From the NCBI RefSeq assembly GCF_000085865.1, contig NC_013511.1:270516-294515 (forward strand): a stretch of DNA of 24,000 nt, read 5' to 3'. The notes beneath the pieces are model-generated. The model searched no databases. It was not told the DNA's origin and worked only from the letters and a program-made list of their open reading frames with translations. Numbering within the stretch: the first letter of the stretch is position 1; each line of letters opens with the position of its first letter. The translations under genes were made by a program, and so were the position numbers. Origin of the DNA: Metamycoplasma hominis ATCC 23114. GTDB lineage: Bacteria > Bacillota_I > Bacilli_A > Mycoplasmatales > Metamycoplasmataceae. This document shows positions 1 through 8,998 of this stretch, piece after piece.

Positions 1-3000
1 TTAATTGTTAGATGAAATAATTTTTACCTTTGTTTTGTCTATACCAGTATTTTCTCATTTTATATTACTTGCATCACCTTTATAAATTACTTCTTTAAGG
101 TTTGCGCAATCAGAAAACGCTCTTTCGCCAATTTCTTTTACCGAACCAGGAATAGTAATAGATTCAATGTTTGTATTTGAAAATGCCTCAGCGCCAATTT
201 TTTCAAGACCTTCATTTAAAATTACTTCTTTAAGGTTTTCGCACCAAGAAAACGCTCTTTCGCCAATTTCTTTTACTGTACCAGGAATAGTAATAGATTC
301 AATTTTTGTATGATTAAATGCCCCAGTGCTAATTTTTTCAAGACCTTCATTTAAAATTACTTCTTTAAGGTTTTCGCACCAAGAAAACGCTCTTTCGCCA
401 ATTTCTTTTACTGTACCAGGAATAGTAATAGATTTAATGTTTGGATTTGAAAATGCCTCAGCGCCAATTTTTTCAAGACCTTCATTTAAAATTACTTCTT
501 CAAGGTTTTTGCAACCAGAAAACGCTCTTCCGCCAATTTCTTTTACTGAACCAGGAATAGTAACTTTTGTGGTTTTTTTATCCAAATATGCTAATATCTT
601 TTTATTATTTTTATCAATAAAAAAGTTATCTTTAATTTCAAAATTTTTATTATTTGAATTAATTAAAATATTTGAAATTATTGAATAATTAAATGCCCAA
701 TCGTCTATTTCTTTTACCGAACCAGGAATAGTAATAGATTCAATGTTTGTATTTGAAAATGCATATCAGCCAATTCCTTCAAGGCCTTCATTTAAAATTG
801 CTTCTTTAAGGTTTAGGCAATCAGAAAACGCATATAAGCCAATTTCTTTTACTGAACTAGGAATAGTAATAGATTCAATGTTTGTATTTGAAAATGCATA
901 TCAGCCAATTCCTTCAAGGCCTTCATTTAAAATTGCTTCTTTAAGGTTTAGGCAATCATAAAACGCTCTTTCGCCAATTTCTTTTACTGAACCAGGAATA
1001 GTAATAGATTCAATTTTTGTTTTATAAAATGCCTCAGCACCAATTTTTTCAAGACCTTCATTTAAAATTACTTTCTTAAGGTTTTCGCAACCATAAAACG
1101 CACTTTCACCAATTTTTTTTACTGTACCAGGAATAGTAATAGATTCAATTTTTGTATCTGAAAAAGCACTTTCACCAATTTTTTCAAGACCTTCATTTAA
1201 AATTACTTCTTTAAGGTTTGTGCAACCATTAAACGCATAATCGCCAATTTCTTTTACTGAACCAGGAATAGTAATAGATTCAATTTTTGTATTTCAAAAT
1301 GCACAAGCGCCAATTTTTTCAAGACCTTCATTTAAAATTGCTTCTTTAAGGTTTAGGCAATCATAAAACGCTCTTTCGCCAATTTCTTTTACCGAACCAG
1401 GAATAGTAATAGATTCAATGTTTTTACCAGCAAATGCCTCAGCGCCAATTTTTTCAAGACCTTCATTTAAAATTACTTCTTTAAGGCTTTCGCACCAAGA
1501 AAACGCATATTTGTCAATTTCTTTTATTGAACCAGGAATAGTAATAGATTCAATGTTTGTATTTGAAAATGCATATCAGCCAATTCCTTCAAGGCCTTCA
1601 TTTAAAATTACTTCTTTAAGGTTTGTGCAACCATTAAACGCATCTTCGCCAATTTCTTTTACTGAACCGGGAATAGTAATAGATTCAATTTTTGTATTGC
1701 TAAATGCCCAAGCGCCAATTTTTTCAAGACCTTTATTCAAAATTACTTCTTTAAGGTTTTTGCAACCATAAAACGCTCATTCGCCAATTTCTTTTACTGA
1801 ACCGGGAATAGTAACTTTTGTGGCCTTTTCATCCAAATATGCTAATATTTTTTTATTATTTTTATCAATAAAAAAGTTATCTTTAATTTCGAAATTTTTA
1901 TTATTTGAATTAATTGAAATATGTGAAATTCTTGAAAAATCAAATGCCCTGACGCCAATTTCTTTTACTGAACCAGGAATAGTAATAGATTCAATGTTTG
2001 TATCTAAAAATGCCTTAGCGCCAATTTTTTCAAGACCTTCATTTAAAATTACTTCTTTAAGGTTTGTGCAACCAGAAAATGCACTTTCGCCAATTTCTTT
2101 TACTGTATCAGGAATAGTAATAGATTCAATGTTTGTATCTGAAAATGCAAAAGCGCCAATTTTTTCAAGACCTTCATTTAAAATTACTTTCTTAAGGTTT
2201 TTGCAACCAGAAAACGCACCTGCGCCAATTTCTTTTACTGAACCAGGAATAGTAATAGATTCAATTTTTGGATTATTAATTAACCCAGCAAATGCCGCAT
2301 AGCCAATTTTTTCAAGACCTTTATTTAAAATTACTTCTTTAAGGTTTTCGCAACCATAAAACGCTCATTCGCCAATTTCTTTTACTGAACCAGGAATAGT
2401 AATAGATTCAATTTTTGTTTTATAAAATGCCTCAGCACCAATTTTTTCAAGACCTTTATTTAAAATTACTTCTTTAAGGTTTGGGCACCAAGAAAACGCT
2501 CTTTCATCAATTTCTTTTACTGATCCAGGAATAGTAACTTTTGTGGCCTTTTTATCCAAATATGCTAATATCTTTTTATTATTTTTATCAATAAAAAAGT
2601 TATCTTTAATTTCAAAATTTTTATTATTTGAATTAATTGAAATATGTGAAATTATTGAAAAATCAAATGCCCAAGCGCCAATTTTTTCAAGACCTTCATT
2701 TAAAATTACTTCATGAAGGTCTCCGTGGCCTAAAAACGCACCTTCGCCAATTTCTTTTATTGAACTAGGAATAGTAACTTTTGTGGCCATTCAATCCAAA
2801 TATGATAATATTTTTTTATTATTTTTATCAATAAAAAAGTTATCTTTAATTTCAAAATTTTTATTATTTGAATTAATTAAAATAAGTGTAGTCATTCAAA
2901 AATCAAATGCTCAATTGCCAATTTCCTTTACTGAACCAGGAATAGTAATAATTCCAATTTTTGTATATCTAAATGCTTCAACGCCAATTTTTTCAAGACC

Positions 3001-5160
3001 TTCATTTAAAATTGCTTCATTAAGGTTTGTGCAACCATGAAACGCTCTTTCGCCAATTTCTTTTACTGAACTAGGAATAGTAATAGATTCAATGTTTGTT
3101 TTATAAAATGCCTCAGCACCAATTTTTTCAAGACCTTCATTTAAAGTTACTTCTTTAAGGTTTTCGCAACCAGAAAATGCACCTTCACCAATTTCTTTTA
3201 CTGAACTAGGAATAGTAACTTTTGTGGCCTTTTTATCCAAATATGATAATATTTTTTTATTATTTTTGTCAATAAAAAAGTTATCTTCAATTTCAAAATT
3301 TTTATTATTTGAATTAATTGAAATATGTGAAATGTCTGAAAAATGAAATGCACCAGCGCCAATTTTTTCAAGACCTTCATTTAAAATTACTTCTTTAAGG
3401 TTTTCGCAACCAGAAAATGCACCTTCACCAATTTCTTTTATTGAACTAGGAATAGTAACTTTTGTGGCCTTTTTATCCAAATATGATAATATTTTTTTAT
3501 TATTTTTGTCAATAAAAAAGTTATCTTCAATTTCAAAATTTTTATTATTTGAATTAATTGAAATATCTGAAATCATTGAAAAATCAAATGCTCAATTGCC
3601 TATTTCTTTTACTGTATCAGGAATAGTAATAGATTTAATGTTTGTATTTGAAAATGCCCGAGCGCCAATTTTTTCAAGACCTTCATTTAAAATTACTTCT
3701 TTAAGGATTTTGCAATCAGAAAACGCACTTTCGCCAATTTCTTTTACTGAACTAGGAATAGTAACTTTTGTGGCCTTTTTATCCAAATATGATAATATTT
3801 TTTTATTATTTTTATCAATAAAAAAGTTATCTTTAATTTCAAAATTTTTATTATTTGAATTAATTGAAATATCTGAAATCATTGAAAAATCAAATGATCA
3901 ATTGCCTATTTCTTTTACTGTATCAGGAATAGTAATAGATTTAATGTTTGTACGATCAAATGCCCGAGCGCCAATTTTTTCAAGACCTTCATTTAAAGTT
4001 ACTTCTTTAAGGTTTTCACATCTAAAAAATGCACCAGCGCCAATTTCTTTTATTGAACCAGGAATAGTAATAGATTCAATTTTTTTATCAGCAAATGCAC
4101 TTTCGCCAATTTTTTCAAGACCTTCATTTAAAGTTACTTTCTTAAGGTTTTTGCAACCAGAAAATGTACTTTTGTCAATTGCTTTTATTGAACCAGGAAT
4201 AGTAATAGATTCAATGTTTGTGCTTGAAAATGCACAAGCGCCAATTTTTTCAAGACCTTCATTTAAAGTTACTTTCTTAAGGTTTTCGCAACCAGAAAAT
4301 GTACTTTTGTCAATTTCTTTTATTGAACCAGGAATAGTAATAGATTCAATGTTTGTGCTTGAAAATGCACCAGCGCCAATTTTTTCAAGACCTTCATTTA
4401 AAATTACTTCTTCAAGGCTATGGCAACCAGAAAATGTACTTTTACCAATTTCTTTTACTGAACCAGGAACAGTAATAGATTTAATGTTTGTATTTAAAAA
4501 TGCCTCAGCGCCAATTTTTTCAAGACCTTCATTTAAAATTACTTCTTCAAGGTTTTCACAACCAGAAAACGTACTTTTACCAATTTCTTTTACTGAACTA
4601 GGAATAGTAATAGATTTAATGTTTGTATATTTAAATGCCTCAGCGCCAATTTTTTCAAGACCTTCATTTAAAATTACTTCTTTAATGTTTCTACAACCAG
4701 AAAACGCACCTTCGCCAATTTCTTTTACTGAACCCGCAATAGTAACCGATTGAATAACACTATTAAAAAAAGCATGATTATCAATTTCTGTAATATTTTT
4801 GCCTTGATATTCCTTAGGAATTGTTACTTTAGAATCATTTCCAATAAATTCTGTAATTTTTCAAGTATTTGATTTAGTTAGTTCGAATTTAAATTTTTTA
4901 TTTAAATTTGATGAATCTTCTTCTTTGGTAGGATTTTCTGGTTTAGGTTTATTTTCATCAGGTTTTGAATCTTCTTCTTTTGTAGGATTTTCTGGTTTAG
5001 AATTTGGTTTATTTTCATCAGGCTTTAAATCTTCTTTGTTTTCTTTTGAATTTTGTTTTACTCCATAATCACAAGAAATAGTTGCTAATGGAAGTATAGT
5101 AGTTAATGCTGAAATACTACTTAATATAAGTCATATCTTAATATTTTTTTTATTTTTCAT
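1..5160 (-). CDS. Giant surface lipoprotein built of BspA-type (LRR_5 / TpLRR-like) leucine-rich repeats; 1719 aa with TGA read as Trp
   Basis: ATG at 5160-5158 and TAA at 3-1. I checked every + strand frame-1 triplet across the gaps between the track's minus-strand fragments (55-585, 2365-2790, 2911-3576, 3592-3882) and from 3883 to 5160. No tta/cta (TAA/TAG) occurs, only tca (TGA). All four fragments are in frame with 5160. The N-terminus is MKNKKNIKIWLILSSISALTTILPLATISC|DYG, which is a signal peptide plus lipobox Cys. A K/P/E/N-rich linker follows, then dozens of repeats of the type TIPGSVKEIGERAFSGCENLKEVILNEGLEKIGAEAFSNTNIESI. Confidence 0.85.
60..4740 (-). repeat. Tandem coding repeat array with a basic 135/138-nt unit (45-46 aa, equal to two LRRs)
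   Basis: The strings ccaggaatagtaatagattcaat and gccaattttttcaagaccttcatttaaaattacttctttaaggtt recur along the whole interval. Examples are 745-823 vs 883-961 (period 138) and 4126-4260 vs 4261-4395 (period 135). Confidence 0.9.
3121..3566 (-). repeat. Near-perfect 240-bp tandem duplication inside the LRR gene
   Basis: Line-by-line comparison shows that 3121-3326 and 3361-3566 differ at only 2 positions over about 206 bp. A similar 240-bp pair lies at 2521-2640 vs 2761-2880, and a 306-bp pair at 3539-3660 vs 3845-3966. Confidence 0.85.
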
Positions 5161-5229
5161 TTTCTTACCTTTTATTACTATTTATAATTTTATTTTTATA
5201 TATATTAAAAAGTAAAACCTCTTAATAAT

Positions 5230-5246
5230 AAAAAAAAAAAAAAAAA
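5230..5246 (-). promoter_or_regulatory. Homopolymer A17 on + (T17 on the coding strand), 70-86 nt upstream of the LRR lipoprotein ATG; candidate slipped-strand expression switch
   Basis: Direct count gives a at 5230, ten a at 5231-5240 and six a at 5241-5246, followed by c at 5247. The tract lies in the 5' untranslated/promoter region of the gene starting at 5160. Confidence 0.45.
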
Positions 5247-5335
5247 CAGATTTTTAATATAATTGGTTGAAAAAATGGCTTATTTTCTATATTTTTTATG
5301 CAATTTATATATTCTTAAGGTCAAAAAAATGCAAT

Positions 5336-5367
5336 AAAAAAAACTCAGATTGAACTGAATTTTTTTA
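5336..5367 (-). terminator. Intrinsic terminator downstream of ftsZ (bidirectional shape)
   Basis: The stem is actcag (5343-5348) paired with ctgaat (5355-5360), 6 bp including one wobble, with a 6-nt loop. An A-run and a T-run flank it. It lies about 65 nt after the ftsZ stop codon. Confidence 0.45.
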
Positions 5368-5429
5368 TTTTTTAAATGGCAATAAAGATAATTAATTGCA
5401 TTTTTTTAAAACAGATTTCTTACATCATC

Positions 5430-6575
5430 TTAGTGTTTTAATATATCTGCAAGTTCATCGTTTGAATCTTCATCATTATCCATTGAAAAAAATGATTGTG
5501 TTTTAAATGTTCCTTCAGATACAAAGAATTCCTTTGTTTCATCGTTAACATAATTTAAATCGTCTTTTTTTATTACATTGATTACTTCATCTTGAATTTG
5601 ATCAATGTCTTTAGGAGCATCTTTTCTTAATCCCGTGGCGATTACCGAGACAAATAGCTCACCTAATTTGTTGCTTTCTTCAGATTCTAGAGTTGTTATA
5701 CCAAAAATAATGTTAATTTCATTACCAACAATTTCCCGCATAGCTCCCAAAGCACTTTGAATTTCATTTAAAGTTACTTTTTGAGAAGCACTGAAATTTA
5801 CTATTGCATCGCTAGCCCCAACAACACTTGATTCTAAAATTGGGCTTGTTATTGCAGATGTGATTGCTTTTACAGCCCTATCTTGGCCATTTGCTTGGCC
5901 AATGCCGATTAATGTTTCACCTTTATTTTTAATAATGGTTGATAAATCTGCAAAATCAAGATTAATAATGCTTGGGGTGGCAATAACATCAACTATTGTT
6001 CTAATAGTTTGCTTTAAGACATTATTTGCGCAAATAAATGCATCTGAAAAAGAAATATTTCCATATTGTTGTAATAGTTTATTGTTTGAAATAACAATAT
6101 ATGAATCAACACATTTTTTAATTTCTTGTAAGCCTTGCTTTGCAATTCTCATTCTCTTTGGACCTTCAAAGTCAAACGGAGTAGTTACAACTGCAACTAC
6201 TAAAGCATTGCATTCCTTGGCTATTTGTGCAATCACGGGCGCTGCACCTGTGCCGGTTCCACCACCCATTCCTGCAGTTATAATTACTAGATCAGCTCCT
6301 TGCAATCTACTTTTGATTTCTTCACGTGAAGATTCAGCAGCAGTTTTGCCAATTTCAGGGTTAGCACCCGCGCCAATTCCACGTTCATCACCTAAATGTA
6401 AAACGCATTCTTGAGGAAATTTTGCTAATACTTGTTTATCGGTATTGGCAGCAATAATTTGAAAACTATCTAAATGGCTATTTATCATAGTTTCAACACT
6501 ATTATTTCCGCCACCACCTACTCCAATAACAATTATTTTTGCCACCGGGTTATAATTATTTAATTCTTTTGCCAT
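5430..6575 (-). CDS. ftsZ: Cell division GTPase FtsZ (381 aa)
   Basis: Complete ORF ending in TAA. It carries the tubulin signature GGGTGTGAAPVIA, the N-terminal IGVGGGGNN motif and NTD. An AGGAG RBS sits at 6584-6580. Confidence 0.95.
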   Translation of the reverse strand: MAKELNNYNPVAKIIVIGVGGGGNNSVETMINSHLDSFQIIAANTDKQVLAKFPQECVLHLGDERGIGAGANPEIGKTAAESSREEIKSRLQGADLVIITAGMGGGTGTGAAPVIAQIAKECNALVVAVVTTPFDFEGPKRMRIAKQGLQEIKKCVDSYIVISNNKLLQQYGNISFSDAFICANNVLKQTIRTIVDVIATPSIINLDFADLSTIIKNKGETLIGIGQANGQDRAVKAITSAITSPILESSVVGASDAIVNFSASQKVTLNEIQSALGAMREIVGNEINIIFGITTLESEESNKLGELFVSVIATGLRKDAPKDIDQIQDEVINVIKKDDLNYVNDETKEFFVSEGTFKTQSFFSMDNDEDSNDELADILKH

Positions 6576-6582
6576 AGAACTC

Positions 6583-7650
6583 CTAATTTATATCGTTTAG
6601 CATTAAATTGTAATACTTTTTGGAATTACTATAAACTTCAATTGTAAATAATTCCCTACTAATTTCATTATTTAAAGCATTTTGTTTGATTTGACATTCT
6701 AAAATATTATCTATTGCAAGCATTTCGCAACTTAAATATTCATTTTTGATTTCATATTCAAAGTCACTAAATAAGTTAATTTTTTCATTTTGAATTAATA
6801 TATTATCAAAAAGTTTTAATTCGCTATTGAAATATAATTTGCAAACCTTTGAATCAATTTTATAATTATTAACAAAAGTTGCAACGCTAGTTAATAATTT
6901 ATTTATAAATTCGCCTAATATATTCTTTATTATTGGAGCAACATTGCATTTGTAGGTTAAACAATTTACAACTTCGCTAAATCAATTGCTTTCTGTACTT
7001 AATAAATTGCGTTGTAACATTCTTGCTTTTAATTTGTTTAGTCCTAAATCTAATACTTGGCTTACTATATTTGATTTATTAATGTTTAAAATAAATTTAG
7101 CTTTATCATCTAATACATCAACAAAAATAGCTACTTTTTGTTTTGGATTTTTAAACAAAACTGAATTTGTCTTTAAACTATCTAAGCAAAATATTTTGGC
7201 AATTTTTAAATCGTTGCTACTAAAAATTTCTTGCAATCTTAGACTATTAGCATTTGATATTGTTTTTAAAGAATAAATTTGCTTAATATTAGTTTTTTTA
7301 ACTAGTTTAAATTCCAATATTTTTTGGCCTATATTATTGAAGTTTGATCTAATATTTTTTAAATTACTAATATTAAAATTGTCGTTATTTAAGGTTAATA
7401 GTTTACTATTTATATTTCATTTGCTATCTTCAGACAACATAACAATAACTTCATTTATGCTTGCCGATATTAATTTTTGAATTTCATTCTTTGTTTGCTT
7501 TATAAAATTTTTTATATCGCTTTCAGTTAAATAAATATTATTAATTGCTTTTTTATAAATGCAAAAAGATAAAGTATTAGTTTTTTCCATAACTTCTACT
7601 TCGATACTATTTTTTAAAAATTTATATGCAGCAATAATAATTTTTTTCAT
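6583..7650 (-). CDS. Hypothetical division-cluster protein in the ftsA position (355 aa); highly divergent, possibly a degenerate FtsA-like protein
   Basis: Track fragments 7417-7650 and 6982-7317 are in frame and joined by tca (TGA) at 7417-7419 and 6982-6984. The true stop is TAG at 6585-6583, which overlaps the ftsZ RBS. The gene starts 4 nt after the rsmH stop. I could see no canonical actin-fold DxG phosphate motifs. Confidence 0.7.
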
Positions 7651-7654
7651 TTAA

Positions 7655-8557
7655 CTAATCCATTAATTTTGTAATAACGCGTAATTTTGCGCTTCTTGAT
7701 CTTTTGTTGATTTCTTCTTCTTTACTACTTGGAAAAATTACTTTTTGATGTCACTTATGAGTTTCAACAATTAGTATTTTTTTTAGCTTAGGGTCAAAAT
7801 AATTTAAATTTTGATAAAACTTTTTAACTATAACGTCTTCTTTACTATGAAATGTTATAATCGCTATTTTTCCGTCTTTTTTTAATAAATTAGGAAGTTG
7901 GCTTAGCATTTCACTTAAGGCATTTAGCTCATCATTCACTGCTATTCTAAAAGCTTGAAAAACTGCTTTAGAAGGATTTTTTTGTCTTACTATTTTAGCT
8001 GGCAATGAATCCTTTATTATTTGATTTAACGTAAATGAATCAGATATTGGTCGATTTTTTACAATTGCTTTCGCAATTAAATTACTTAATTTTACATCAG
8101 CATTAGATTGCAATATATCTATAATTTCTTTTTCAGTTGCATTATTAATAATTTCTTTTGCAGTTAGAGTATTATCTAAATCCATTCTCATATCTAAATC
8201 GGAATTGATTGAATAAGAAAATCCTCTATTTGGATCATCTAATTGAGGACTAGAAACTCCTAAATCTGCTAATATTCCATCGACTTTATCGATATTTAGT
8301 TTTTTTAGTTCACAAGTAATGTTTCTAAAATCACTTTTTATTAAAATAAAGTTTTGGCTTATTTTTATTAATTTTTCTCTACTTTCGTTTATAGCTTGAA
8401 TATCTTTATCAAAACAAATTAATTTTCCAGTTGTTAGTCTTTTTAAAATTTCTTGGCTATGACCACCACGGCCTAATGTTAAATCAACATATATTCCGTC
8501 TGGCTTTATTGATAATTGTTCTATTACTTCATTTAATAGAACTGGAATATGTTCCAT
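7655..8557 (-). CDS. rsmH: 16S rRNA (cytosine1402-N4)-methyltransferase RsmH/MraW (300 aa)
   Basis: The N-terminus is MEHIPVLLNEVIE...DLTLGRGGHS. The track ORF ends at TGA (7751-7753). Reading through gives WHQKVIFPSSKEEEINKRSRSAKLRVITKLMD, which contains the conserved RSRSAKLR tail, and then TAG at 7657-7655. Confidence 0.93.
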
Positions 8558-8998
8558 TTAGAACTTAACTCCTGCTTCAAATAATTTTTGAGCCAAGTCA
8601 TTTACATTATCATCATTTTCATAGTAGCTTTCTTGTTCATCATAAACTTCTTTAGCAAATAATTCACAAGTATCACCAGTTCCTAGGAAAACAACTTCTT
8701 TGTCGATAGCGGCTTTATTTAAAAGATGTTTGGGAATCATGATTCTGTTATTTTTATCAGGAGATACAACTTCAGTATTTCCAAAAATGTAGCGAATAAA
8801 ATCTCTTACGTTTTTGTTAAGTGTGTTTCCTTCTTCCAATTTAGTTTTCATTTTTTGAAACTCAGAAACCGTTCTTAATACTAAGTTTTTATCTATTCCA
8901 ATTGTGATATAGAATTCCTTGCCTAATTCTTGTAGTAATTTAGGTGGAACAACAACTCTATTTTTATCATCAATTTGGCGATAATATTTACCAAACAT
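8558..8998 (-). CDS. mraZ: Transcriptional regulator MraZ (two SpoVT/AbrB-like halves)
   Basis: The two DxxxR half-motifs are DDKNRVVVP and DKNNRIMIP. The ATG at 8998-8996 lies 8 nt downstream of GGAGG (9011-9007). The track's start at 9004 is a GTG immediately adjacent to the RBS and so is less likely. The TAA stop abuts the rsmH ATG. Confidence 0.9.
   Translation of the reverse strand: MFGKYYRQIDDKNRVVVPPKLLQELGKEFYITIGIDKNLVLRTVSEFQKMKTKLEEGNTLNKNVRDFIRYIFGNTEVVSPDKNNRIMIPKHLLNKAAIDKEVVFLGTGDTCELFAKEVYDEQESYYENDDNVNDLAQKLFEAGVKF

Noticed and set aside
3198-3380. A 60-aa minus-strand ORF in a different frame inside the LRR gene.
   Set aside because: It is an out-of-frame, low-complexity K/I/L translation of the repeat and lies entirely within the supported 1-5160 CDS.
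55-3882. Interpreting the minus-strand fragments 55-585, 2365-2790, 2911-3576 and 3592-3882 as a family of separate small LRR genes, or as a decayed pseudogene.
   Set aside because: All four fragments are in the same frame as the ATG at 5160. Each apparent stop is TGA, and the apparent Met starts are internal codons of the module motif (…FSMISDISINS…). No TAA/TAG interrupts the frame.
60-4740. The regular 135-240-nt periodicity could suggest a CRISPR array or a satellite.
   Set aside because: There is no alternation of constant repeats with unique spacers. The whole interval is one coding frame, all periodicities are multiples of 3, and there are no cas genes.
326-4753. Long plus-strand ORFs in the track (326-688, 743-961, 1418-1771, 1820-2302, 2783-3040 and 3464-4753, up to 429 aa) with repetitive translations such as APIFSRPSFKITSLRF.
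   Set aside because: They are the antisense frame of the LRR repeat array. The repeated sense codons happen to avoid antisense stops, so each repeat copy propagates an open frame. These ORFs have no start or RBS context and no signal peptide. The minus frame, in contrast, has a lipoprotein signal, a recognisable LRR_5 pattern and a continuous frame in code 4.
5860-6414. A 184-aa plus-strand ORF opposite ftsZ.
   Set aside because: It is antisense to a gene with unmistakable FtsZ motifs, has no RBS, and its translation is featureless.
6986-7276. Other antisense or overlapping track ORFs: 6986-7276, 12530-12721, 12824-13105, 13531-13806, 13910-14308, 14498-14701, 14619-14870, 18549-18785, 19984-20274 and 23540-23728.
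   Set aside because: Each lies wholly inside a better-supported gene, either on the opposite strand or in another frame. Their translations are low-complexity F/L/I/S-rich sequences typical of AT-rich antisense reading, and none has an RBS.
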